From NCBI GenBank assembly GCA_965214775.1, contig OZ243974.1, positions 736,001 to 800,000 of the forward strand: DNA of 64,000 nt, given 5' to 3'. Shown here one piece after another: positions 20,288 to 29,208 of the stretch. The DNA is from Nitrosopumilus sp. GTDB taxonomy: Archaea > Thermoproteota > Nitrososphaeria > Nitrososphaerales > Nitrosopumilaceae. The first letter of the stretch is position 1. Each line of letters opens with the position of its first letter. The position numbers were made by a program, and so were the translations under genes. The notes below the pieces were generated by a model that saw nothing but the letters and a program-made list of their open reading frames with translations, did not search any database and had not been told where the DNA came from.

Positions 20288-20800
20288 CTACCTTGAGCGA
20301 TTTTGTAATCGCTTTTCCATTCTGGCCTTTCCCTCTTCAAACTTGGCTCTGTCCTCGTCGGTTTTCAGAGATAGTTTGGGCACATGCAACGGCTTTCCGT
20401 TCTCATCCAATGCGACAAATGTGACAAAGGCGGTTCCCGTAGTGGTTTTGATTCCAGTCACAATGTCTTCTGCCTCCGCCTTGACCTCGATTTCCATCGA
20501 GGAGTTGTGAACATAGTTTATTCTGGCGTCCAATTTCAGGACGTTTCCAACAAATACGGGTTTTAGAAAACTCACGCTGTCCATGCATACCGTTACGGCG
20601 TTTGATTGCGAGTGCCGTTGGGCAACAATCCCTGCGACCATGTCAATACGCTTTAGAATCTCCCCGCCAAAGACATTGCCTGCCGGGTTTGCGTCCGAGG
20701 GGAACATTCTCACTATTACTTCGGCATGGGATTCAGATGGGCTTTTTTCCAAGCGAGTCAGAGTCATTGCGCACTCAGGAGCATCAGCATTCTTATCCAA
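20288..20800 (-). CDS. Acyl-CoA thioesterase (HotDog, YciA-like)
   Basis: PSDANPAGNVFGGEILKRID, AVTV, FLKPV.VG and TFVALDENGKP motifs. Confidence 0.92.
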   Translation of the reverse strand: MDKNADAPECAMTLTRLEKSPSESHAEVIVRMFPSDANPAGNVFGGEILKRIDMVAGIVAQRHSQSNAVTVCMDSVSFLKPVFVGNVLKLDARINYVHNSSMEIEVKAEAEDIVTGIKTTTGTAFVTFVALDENGKPLHVPKLSLKTDEDRAKFEEGKARMEKRLQNRSR

Positions 20801-20826
20801 TTTAATCTAAACAGTCGTCTTTGCTG

Positions 20827-22164
20827 CTATCTGAAGTATTTTTTCAAGTCAATTTTGCCGATTTTTGGAATTTTTGCAAGCTCAAATCCCTCAGGTCTCT
20901 TAGAAAGGGAGCAGGTTGCGTCAATTCCCATTTTTGCAGTTTGCAGCCTCCTTTGATCGCTTGAAGGATCAAGACTGGAACCGCGAATTTTTGTGAGAAT
21001 CACCAAGTCCCTGTCAGCCTGAAACCTTGTTGCCATCGCATATTCGACTGCCTCGGCGTTGCTAGGATCAATGTCTTCGTCAACCACGGTTACCTGCTTT
21101 AGGGATCTGTGCGATTCGAATGTTTTTTTAATAACTTTCTTTGGATCAGATTCTGCCTTCTTTTTGATCTGCACAACGGCATGAAGCCAGTTACATCCGC
21201 CGTTTGTCATTGAGACCTGCCTTGTTTGAGAAAATGCCTTTTTGAGATCCCCGTTTAGTTTGGATTCGATCGGCATTCCCATCAGCAGTCTGTGTTCGGA
21301 GAATCCAGACAGCACGTCGTGAAATATCGGACTGTTTCTGTGGAACAGATTTTCCAGTTCAAAAACCGGTTGGTCTCTTTTATGATCATATGTCTGAAGC
21401 ATCTCTACCATCCATTCAGGATGAGTCTTGTCCTGAAGGATTTTTCCCTCCAAAACAATTTCGGCGCCGGAAGGGACGTTTAGTCCACTGTGTGGCAGGT
21501 TTGCCAAACTGAGTTTTCCCGCCAAGAGGGAATTGGCAATATCCATCTCATCTTTTCCCCATTCAGCCTGATAGGCACCTGCGATTGAGACTGCGGGATG
21601 AACGCCTACGGTAATTGCAACCCTCAGATCTTCCCCGTGATCCTTTGCATCCATAAAGCATCTGTGAAGATGTCTGCCCTCAACCATTCTAATCGAAAGA
21701 TGCGTCTTGTCAATCGGCATTAGTCGGTGAAACGAGGAGTTTTGTTTTTCTGTTTCGGGATTAACGGCATATGCAATTGAGGATGTGATAAAGGGTCCAG
21801 ATTCCTTTTCAAAATGGGTAACAACAGGCAAGGAAAGAAGGTTTTTGGATTGGTTTTCCATGAATTTTCCAGAGGAAACGACCTTGGGCTTCCTTGCCTT
21901 TTTGATGGCCGAAATGACTCTAGAATGAATCTCGTCTTCCCTGCAACCGACAGCTAGTGCAAACCGCTTTCTGGTACCGACTAGGTTCGACACTAGTCGA
22001 AATTTGCTTTCTTTGATATTTTCAAACAGTACGGCATCCGAGCCATCAGTTTTTGCAGTAATTCCAGCAATCTCATATTTTGTGGAAACCTTGGATTTTA
22101 CGACTTGAAGTTCCTTGATTTTTTTAACCTGGTTGATGTATGTGCGCAAATCACTCATTGTCAA
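20827..22164 (-). CDS. UbiD family prFMN-dependent decarboxylase
   Basis: NSSFHR, EIVLEG, VVDEDID, RGSSLDPS and KMGIDA motifs; substrate (anhydromevalonate phosphate or quinone precursor) not determinable. Confidence 0.9.
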   Translation of the reverse strand: MTMSDLRTYINQVKKIKELQVVKSKVSTKYEIAGITAKTDGSDAVLFENIKESKFRLVSNLVGTRKRFALAVGCREDEIHSRVISAIKKARKPKVVSSGKFMENQSKNLLSLPVVTHFEKESGPFITSSIAYAVNPETEKQNSSFHRLMPIDKTHLSIRMVEGRHLHRCFMDAKDHGEDLRVAITVGVHPAVSIAGAYQAEWGKDEMDIANSLLAGKLSLANLPHSGLNVPSGAEIVLEGKILQDKTHPEWMVEMLQTYDHKRDQPVFELENLFHRNSPIFHDVLSGFSEHRLLMGMPIESKLNGDLKKAFSQTRQVSMTNGGCNWLHAVVQIKKKAESDPKKVIKKTFESHRSLKQVTVVDEDIDPSNAEAVEYAMATRFQADRDLVILTKIRGSSLDPSSDQRRLQTAKMGIDATCSLSKRPEGFELAKIPKIGKIDLKKYFR

Positions 22165-22498
22165 TCATCTCCATTATCTCAGAGATTAAGGCTTTTGCAG
22201 TGGGCGGTCCTAACTCCTTCTGGATGAATGCCGAAACCAGTGCAACTCCGCGCATTCTGGTACTGATTCGTTCTGCAGTCAGTCTTAGAAACAAGGATTC
22301 AGATTTTGAGGGAATGATCGTTATCGTAATGGGGGCGGCAGGCCCGGTCGCCATTGATGCGACCATGGAGCCGATTTTGTTGGCTCCCTCCGTCACAGAA
22401 ACAAAAAACCCGTTATCAAATCTTTGAATACGTAAAGAAAAGCTGCGGCTCTCCAAACTTACTGTTTTCTGAGAAAAGCCATTTGGAGAGTTCAACAA
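22151..22498 (-). CDS. Small conserved protein, possibly proteasome assembly chaperone (PAC4)-like
   Basis: 115 aa beta-rich (KIGSMVASM...LAERIS-like segment); overlaps the UbiD start. Confidence 0.5.
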   Translation of the reverse strand: MLNSPNGFSQKTVSLESRSFSLRIQRFDNGFFVSVTEGANKIGSMVASMATGPAAPITITIIPSKSESLFLRLTAERISTRMRGVALVSAFIQKELGPPTAKALISEIMEMIDNE

Positions 22499-22512
22499 GC
22501 TATGAACAAGTC

Positions 22513-22968
22513 TTATGCTTTTATTGCTATTGATTCGTTCTCCTGGGAGGATTCAGTAGTAATTCTGTTTGGGTTCTTTTTGCAGTTCCTTTGATGTTTG
22601 TCCAGATAGACAAACGATTTTTCACAGAATTCACACTTGGTCTTTTCTTTTCCTTTTGATGTTTTTGCTTTGGCAGTCTTTGCTTTAGATTTTGCCTTTG
22701 CTGCAATTTCTTCAAGCCCAATTTCCGGTTGAGCTACAGAAGCAGTCTTTGCTTCAATAGAATCAGCTTCAACTCTTGCACGCAATTTTGCCTTATATTT
22801 CAGATTGCGTGGTTTTGTTCTTAGTCTGTATCCACAACACGGACACCAAAGTCCTTCCCATTTGATGAATATTTCACAAATTTGGCATCGACGTTGTCCT
22901 GAAGCATATCTTCCGGTTCCAACTGGCTTTTGGGCCTTATATCTAACACAAATTCCTTTACAAGTCAT
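22513..22968 (-). CDS. Cys-rich basic Zn-finger protein
   Basis: CKGIC...RRCQIC...WCPCCGYRLR, Lys/Ala linker, C-terminal CEFC...H...C; TATA box at about 22998-23003 (-). Confidence 0.8.
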   Translation of the reverse strand: MTCKGICVRYKAQKPVGTGRYASGQRRCQICEIFIKWEGLWCPCCGYRLRTKPRNLKYKAKLRARVEADSIEAKTASVAQPEIGLEEIAAKAKSKAKTAKAKTSKGKEKTKCEFCEKSFVYLDKHQRNCKKNPNRITTESSQENESIAIKA

Positions 22969-23376
22969 CTTGGTGTTGTAATATAGAATTCATAACTATA
23001 TAAGCATGGATCGATAATATTTTGGTAAATAATTCAAAAAATATGAAATAATTTCAATTTTTTAGCCGATCAAAAATATTAGTTTCAAAAAAAATGCCCA
23101 AATCTTCAATAAATATGTATATCTTGTTTCAAAATCCTGTTTTTTGTAAAAATGGCAAGTGGCAATATAGTCGTTTAACAAAAATTTACATGTTTTTTCA
23201 AAAAATATGGAAATTATGGCAGCAGTAGCATCTCGGGCTCTGAAAACCGTTCCTAGTTTCAGGCACGAATATGCCAGAGAACTCCCCCCCCCTCCGGGGT
23301 AACAATGCTCACACCTGAACGTCCAGAGCCAGAGATGTTACGCCTGCAGTTGTAATTCTCATGCATGGCCAACAGG

Positions 23377-23503
23377 GGGAGTTGTTTCCTAATTCGCCAG
23401 AATTCCCGAAAACCGTCAAGATGCCACATGGATCAGGCGTGCAAAGGGGGCGAAAATTCAGAAAAGCATAGACAGAGTCAGGCAGGTGGAATTAGGAAAA
23501 CTC
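23377..23503. mobile_element. About 128-bp MITE (family M3), degenerate copy
   Basis: Homologous to 28965-29094; ends ggagttgtttcctaatt...aattaggaaaactcc. Confidence 0.8.
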
Positions 23504-23551
23504 CGGGGATGGCTTTAATTCCGGCTAGTAGTTATCCTACGACTAGAGAAA

Positions 23552-24346
23552 CTACCCAATCACACGGGGTATTTCTTCTCTAATCTCAGACAACATTTTT
23601 GGAATGTTGATTGGCTCATTGATCAAACGTGTTAAACTGTGCAAATACCCCTTCAAAATTTCTTCAATATTTTCAGGAAAGAATTGCTCAATGTCGATAA
23701 AGTTGACATTTTTTGTTTCGCATTTTTTCAAAAAAAGAACTCTGACGCCGTTCCGGATTTTATTTTCTTTGAGCAGTCGCCATACATCATAGTAATCCCT
23801 AATCTTTCCACGCTGGAGAATTGCCCTCAGTTTTTCTGCCAGTATTGTTTCAAGCGAGTAGACTCTTACCGAAAATTTTGGATAGTCGTAATACTGTGGT
23901 ACCGGCATTGTTACAATTTTGTCAATCTCTTCTTCGCGACTGATTTCAATTTTTAATCTAGCCTTGCTAATAGGCCCCGTGTACTTGAACCTGCCTTGAA
24001 AATATCCCGGGTTTGTGTGCGGTGGTTCCTCAGGATTTATTGAAATTTGGTTTTTTTGCATCACAATATTTGACATTTCTTTGTCAAGTGGCTTGACAAA
24101 CTTTTCCTATCCTGTGTTGTCTGCGGGTGTGAAATCGAGATCTTCTGACAACCTCCATTGGCCAGGAAAATAAACCTTTGACAGAGCCGTACCTCCCTTG
24201 AAAACAAGCTTGTCAGAAATTGAACTGCTTGCAATACCATAGAGCATCCATCCTAGAACATAGTCTTTTTCCACCATGTCGACTCCGACTTTTAGATCCA
24301 CTGCTTTCTTCCTGAGTTCTTGATGTGAGATCATTATTGCCTCCAC
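23552..24346 (-). pseudogene. AbiEii-type nucleotidyltransferase toxin with in-frame TAG at 24107-24109
   Basis: VEKDY, LVFKGGTAL, RLSEDLDF and EKLRA...RDYYD motifs; the ORFs 24107-24346 and 23552-24076 are in the same frame. Confidence 0.85.
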
Positions 24347-25157
24347 CTGTCTGGATCAATTGTCGTATTGACGACCAGAGACCATTTTGCCTTTATTTTG
24401 CCCCTTTTTGGAGAGAGCGGATCAAGCACGGAACATCCCTTTTTAATTTCTGCGTTTTCTAAAACATTGACACATTTATCAAGGCCCAGAACTTCGGAGA
24501 TGTGTCCAAGCCTTTTGATTACCGCGCCGTTTCCAATCTTTATTGCCATCTTGGACAGCGTTTCAAGATTCAACTTGCTGGCGGAAAAATAAAGTGCCCT
24601 TGCAACCTCGTCAATGCCTCCTGCATGTTCCGGATGATCTAGGCAGTCTACGAATGTCTTTGCAGGTGTTGAGATTTTTACAGGCGTGTTCTCAACCGTG
24701 GTAATGGTGGCAACACCAAACATTTTACGTGGAACTATTGTAACAAACTTGAATTCAACATTCAGTATTTTTCTAGAATTTCTTGGTTTTGGTGTGGCAA
24801 TGTACACACAGGGCGGTGTCTGTTCTGTGAATCCGTAATGGTTGAGGGCGCTCCAGTACCCGATGTAATATGGTTTTGTCAATAGTGATCCCATTACAAA
24901 GCTGTGAACGGTATAACTATCAGCCCCCCCCCCTCGCCTGCCTCAAATGGGGCTATAGTGTAAACTCCTTTTCTTATTTTTAGAACCCATCTTTTTCTGA
25001 CCAGCCAGTCTAGGACATTTTTTGAATTGCTTGCCAGAGTCTTGACGTCATCGGGAGTGAATATTGTCTTGTTTTTGTAACTGAGTTTTGTCAGAACTTC
25101 TGCCTCCCTTTCTGACAATGTATGTCTATATTTTTTTATGTATATTCGAACCACCAC
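24334..25157 (-). pseudogene. AbiEi-type antitoxin, frameshifted at a G10 tract (24924-24933)
   Basis: wHTH (L..KRWVLKIRKGVY) followed, after a frame change, by YYIGYWSALNHYGFTEQ...KTFVDCLD...GG. Confidence 0.85.
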
Positions 25158-25521
25158 TCGAAAATCATTAAGAAAATATAAGTTTTTAGTGCTTAAAAGG
25201 ATGACTGAAACAGTAGTGTATAATGTCACACCCCCCTCTAGAATGCACCGAAGATCATAATTGTACATACCGATTCGTACCTGATTGACATGGATAGATT
25301 ACCACAGACTCTTTGACTTGTGATATGACGTAACATGTGGGATACTGGAAGTTCGGGCATGAATTTTGTCACTAATGAATGTCGATCAAATGAAATCTGC
25401 TCCTAAAATCATCAGAAACGGCTTCCGGAACCCGATCAGTTGCAAATTATGTCATTTCCTCGTGCCTTTGTCATCATTGAACTGGGATTTTTTGGAAACA
25501 GATTCATATTTTTAGGGAATT

Positions 25522-26187
25522 TTATCCGGTAATTGACAGCGGTTGAACTGAAAATCGATGCCCGTCACGTTGAGAGATAAATTTTGCAGACAGCATGTCC
25601 CGTTTTCCCCTTTGATTGAAGTTTTTGATTTTTGGGCTGGTCTTTTTTTCATCAACAAATTCCAATTCGAATGAAGAGCAAAATTTGAGATTTAGCATTG
25701 ATGCTATTTCTTTTGCAACCTGCATGTTGCCATTGCCAATTTTTACAATTTTTCTTCTAGCCCATAGCCCTCCCATTACTCGAATAACATGAAAAACCAG
25801 ATCTTCAACTGAAGAAAAAAATGAGCCCTCAATCTCTTTGCCAAAATAGCATACAGAAAGGCCAATTCTTTGCCCGGGGTCAACTCCCAAAACAAGATCC
25901 GCCTCTTCAAGATTAAATGATAGTTTTTGCATGATTTTTCCTTTGACTACGGTTGGCGGATGTCCAAAAATATCCTCATGCAGCAATAGCGGCTTTGAAC
26001 ATTCCTTTGGGGATTCCTCTCTTGTGGTAAAGACCAGATTTCCGGAATAATCGGTTATTTCTTCGGGAAGAATGGAATCAAAGGACAGATCCAGGGCTTT
26101 TAGATATGTGGAGAATCTATAGTAGGGCCTGCCATATGTGGTAGCAACTCCAATACGTGCATCAAGTAGGGGATCGATATTTGGCAA
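25522..26187 (-). CDS. Hypothetical protein with RNase H-like (YqgF/RuvC-type) segment
   Basis: VLGVDPGQRIG, KIGNGN, VDEKKTS and DMLSA motifs. Confidence 0.65.
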   Translation of the reverse strand: MPNIDPLLDARIGVATTYGRPYYRFSTYLKALDLSFDSILPEEITDYSGNLVFTTREESPKECSKPLLLHEDIFGHPPTVVKGKIMQKLSFNLEEADLVLGVDPGQRIGLSVCYFGKEIEGSFFSSVEDLVFHVIRVMGGLWARRKIVKIGNGNMQVAKEIASMLNLKFCSSFELEFVDEKKTSPKIKNFNQRGKRDMLSAKFISQRDGHRFSVQPLSITG

Positions 26188-26208
26188 AGGGAGATATTAG
26201 ATTTAGGT

Positions 26209-26544
26209 TTATGCCTTCAAAATTGTTGACACAACGTGTCTTACTGCATCGTCAAAATTTGCGTCAATTTTTGACTGGATTTCTGCTAGTTTAGCCTCGC
26301 CTTCCTGAGAGATTTTGGAGGATTCTGCCGTCGCCTTGTCTTTAGATGAATTGATGATGGCTTCTGCCTCCTGAGTGGCCATTTGACGTGTCTTTTCAAG
26401 TAAGGAGTCTATTTCAGTTTGGGCTTTGACTGCCAATTGCTTTTTCATACCGTCGACTTTGGAATTTAGGGAATCAAGATCGTCCTCTAGGGCACTCAAT
26501 GATTTTACAATTCCGTTTACTTTAGATTCTGCAACGTTACTCAT
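26209..26544 (-). CDS. Probable A-type ATP synthase peripheral stalk subunit H
   Basis: 111-aa charged coiled coil ending FDDAVRHVVSTIL; size and pattern fit subunit H/G. Confidence 0.6.
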   Translation of the reverse strand: MSNVAESKVNGIVKSLSALEDDLDSLNSKVDGMKKQLAVKAQTEIDSLLEKTRQMATQEAEAIINSSKDKATAESSKISQEGEAKLAEIQSKIDANFDDAVRHVVSTILKA

Positions 26545-26589
26545 TATACCAAAAACCCGGCCGATCCATTACTTAAATCATTCAATTTT

Positions 26590-26657
26590 ACCAGCGTATG
26601 AGGAGGTTTCCACCGCAAAAAAGCTTGCAGCGTACGCGGGCTTGGTACCGTCACACC
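26590..26657 (+). pseudogene. IS110-family transposase fragment
   Basis: STAKKLAAYAGLVPSH matches the IS110 motif; cut off by an M3 MITE. Confidence 0.5.
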
Positions 26658-26787
26658 GGAACTGTCGCATAATTACACCTGCTTGACTCAACCTGCCCGT
26701 TTTTCTGAATTTCCACCCCTCTTGCGTGTCTAGTCCAGACAATATCTCATGGTTTTCAGGAACCTGATGAATTATGCGACAATTCCC
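26658..26787. mobile_element. 130-bp MITE (family M3 variant)
   Basis: TIR ggaactgtcgcataatt...aattatgcgacaattcc; interior homologous to the reverse complement of 28965-29094. Confidence 0.75.
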
Positions 26788-26829
26788 ATTTGAGGCTAAC
26801 GCTTTACCTGTTTCATAGCAGGCAGGATC

Positions 26830-26922
26830 GTATGTGGTCACCTATCCCCACCAATCAGACACGAATTAGTATACACAATTATGATTTCCACGCCTAGCCA
26901 GTAAGGGGACGTGACCACATAC
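26830..26922. mobile_element. 93-bp MITE (family M4, IS66-like ends)
   Basis: Perfect 12-bp TIR GTATGTGGTCAC; 8-bp TSD GCAGGATC (26822-29, 26923-30); second copy at 50954-51046. Confidence 0.88.
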
Positions 26923-27038
26923 GCAGGATCTATTACAGGAGTGATCAAGGAATTTCTATTTGATCATGAAAAACTGACCAGATCTGGTCAGAAATACATG
27001 ATTAAAAGTATAAAATATGATCAAATACATACCAGAAT

Positions 27039-27641
27039 ATGCCAAGTTTCAAATCACAGTATGCGTATCCTTTGATGTACTACATGCTGTCCCACAAGCA
27101 ATTCAAACAACGCCAGATGGCGCGCGATTTGGAGTATAGGCACGGGGGAAGCATTAGTGGTTTTGTAAACTGGTTAGAAGAATTGAAAATGATTGAGAAA
27201 ACCAAAGATACCCTGCATAGAACCCTCACCTACAAAGTTCCATCACCGCCGAGTTTGATAAGATTTTACAGTAATTTTCGAAAAATGAGTGACTTGCGAA
27301 TAACTAGAGACGTGGGTGACAATAGAGACGCAGTAGTTGAATTTTTCAAAAAAAATAACGGTATTTTTTGTTTAACATCTGCACTGGAACACTATACGGA
27401 ATATGTAAGAGATCCCGCAATTCACGTTTACGTTGATGAAAAATACTGGAATGAAATGGCAAATACAAATACAGAGGGAAGTGTACGAGTAAATTTGTAT
27501 GCATTTAAACCGTATAGAGAAGATAACATCACTGAAATCGATGGAATGAGATTAACTAATCGCTTACGAACATTGATTGATCTGTACTGTGATGACAAAG
27601 CTTATGCTGCAGAACCGTTAATCAAAGAGTTATGGACCTAA
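27039..27641 (+). CDS. Putative type IV TA antitoxin (wHTH plus AbiEi-like C-terminal domain)
   Basis: HTH (QRQMARDL...ISGFVNWLEE), IHVYV and TNRLRTLIDLY motifs; overlaps the downstream NTase by 10 nt. Confidence 0.6.
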   Translation: MPSFKSQYAYPLMYYMLSHKQFKQRQMARDLEYRHGGSISGFVNWLEELKMIEKTKDTLHRTLTYKVPSPPSLIRFYSNFRKMSDLRITRDVGDNRDAVVEFFKKNNGIFCLTSALEHYTEYVRDPAIHVYVDEKYWNEMANTNTEGSVRVNLYAFKPYREDNITEIDGMRLTNRLRTLIDLYCDDKAYAAEPLIKELWT

Positions 27642-28387
27642 TAGCTGATGATTATAGTACAGAGATAGCATCTCAGAGCATAGTTGAACTTCAGGAGTTA
27701 GCAAAATGGCAAAAAAAACATCAGGGGGAATGGACTACGATCATAGGCGGATGGGCAGTATGGACCTATTATCAAGAAGGTTTTGGTTCAAGAGACATCG
27801 ACATAGTACTTCCCCAGGATGCTGTAAAACAGGTTGAGATAACTGACACTTATTTTCCAGCACATAAAATAGAAAAAAAATTCGGAGATCCTTTTCAAGC
27901 AGAATATCACTATGGAAAAGACATCACTACTCCAAAAAGAAATGATGAAATTATTTTTGATTTGTTTTATCCAGAAAAACCACGATCAGACCACGATGGA
28001 TTGGGAGTCACAGTCGATTGGAAATGGATGTCTGAGTTTTCAAAAGAACAGCCAATTGGAAATGATGCCTTTGTTCAGGTGCCAGATCCAGAATTACTTT
28101 TACCTGTTAAAATGGTAGCAGCATTATCAAGAATTGAAGAATTACAAAGAACCGATAATCTAGAAAGAAAACGATCAAAAATTTGGAAGGACTACTATGA
28201 TGTAGCAATTTTGGCAAAACATGTCGATTTCAACCGAGAGCAGCTATTAGGGCATATGAGTAGGATTGGCTTTACACGGGATTTGGTCACTCGATTCTTA
28301 GATGGCTACATACCTAGGTCTGACACTTTGGAGCAGGCAGAAACCACGCTCATGACTGTAACTGACAAGATTCCCTCATTAGAATAG
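27632..28387 (+). CDS. Pol-beta-superfamily nucleotidyltransferase (AbiEii/MenT-like putative toxin)
   Basis: IIGGWAV...GSRDIDIV, LLPVKM and KDYYDV motifs. Confidence 0.7.
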   Translation: MDLIADDYSTEIASQSIVELQELAKWQKKHQGEWTTIIGGWAVWTYYQEGFGSRDIDIVLPQDAVKQVEITDTYFPAHKIEKKFGDPFQAEYHYGKDITTPKRNDEIIFDLFYPEKPRSDHDGLGVTVDWKWMSEFSKEQPIGNDAFVQVPDPELLLPVKMVAALSRIEELQRTDNLERKRSKIWKDYYDVAILAKHVDFNREQLLGHMSRIGFTRDLVTRFLDGYIPRSDTLEQAETTLMTVTDKIPSLE

Positions 28388-28453
28388 TCATTTTGACTAA
28401 ATTCCGGATTTTAATTGATTTTGGATTAAAAATCAAACTTTGTGATGAAAGAT

Positions 28454-28672
28454 ATGTTCGAATTCCAGCAAAACCCCGCTGAAAAAACTGACTATATTGT
28501 GGGTAGTACGTGATCCTCACTAACAAAGACTTGGAAGAAATATGATCAAGCAAAAGAAGACATGAACGTCATGCTGATGAAGCAGTATTCTAAAAAAATA
28601 AAAAATTTACAGAAAAAATTAGGCCTGGAAGAATCAGAATTTGACGAGCTTTCTGAGTATTCTGACTCATAA
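28454..28672 (+). pseudogene. Paralogue of 51118-51312 with TGA at a conserved Trp codon (28511)
   Basis: MFEFQQNPAEKTDYIVGST*SSLTKTWKKY...IKNLQKKLGLEESEF aligns with MFKFIQKKNEKTDYIVGGDWSELKKTWDKY...ISRLQEKLGIPKTDF. Confidence 0.75.
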
Positions 28673-28699
28673 TTCCATGGGTAGTTCTTCCTGAAGATT

Positions 28700-28955
28700 T
28701 TTCAGAATTTACACTCCAAGCATGTTGTCAAACAGGGATTGGTTGTAGCCCAATTCATCCCAGGCCGCCTCCACCTGTATGCCAATCTTTGTGGCACACT
28801 CCATCCGTATGGGATCACCTGCCCCCAGATTGTTTTGGCTACCTCAACTACGATGGACTTGCCCTGCAGCTTCCACGTCGACGTGCATTGTTGACCATCC
28901 ATGCCTGTTCATCCAGACCAAGCCGCCTTTGATCTGGCCGCTTATCTTGTCTTGC
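28700..28955 (-). pseudogene. Degraded IS5-family transposase remnant
   Basis: Fragment RHGWSTMHVDV resembles the IS5/IS903-group motif RGW.KLH.AVD; contains stop codons. Confidence 0.35.
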
Positions 28956-28964
28956 AGTATGATG

Positions 28965-29094
28965 GGGGTTGTTTCCTAATTCGCCAGAATTCCTGCAAAC
29001 CGCTGGGATGCCACATTGATCAGGCGTGTAAAGGGGCGAAAATTCAGAAAAACATACAGGCTGAGTCAGGCAGGTGGGATTAGGAAACAACCCC
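28965..29094. mobile_element. 130-bp MITE (family M3), best-preserved copy
   Basis: Perfect 16-bp TIR GGGGTTGTTTCCTAAT; flanking 9-bp direct repeat agtatgatg/agtacgatg. Confidence 0.88.
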
Positions 29095-29122
29095 AGTACG
29101 ATGTGGCACAGCGCCCGCCCTT

Positions 29123-29208
29123 GGTGCGCACAGTTGAAAATCGAACGCTTTTGTGTCAAAACATGCACGATGTGGCAAAATCATGATCTGTTTTTTGATG
29201 TGCGCACT
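29123..29208. mobile_element. MITE family M2, copy 2
   Basis: ggtgcgcacagttgaaa...tttttgatgtgcgcact. Confidence 0.75.

Noticed and set aside
24107-24109. Pyrrolysine or selenocysteine recoding at the in-frame TAG 24107 and TGA 28511
   Set aside because: Both are one step from TGG (Trp, matched in the paralogue for 28511), and TAG/TGA terminate normal genes here.
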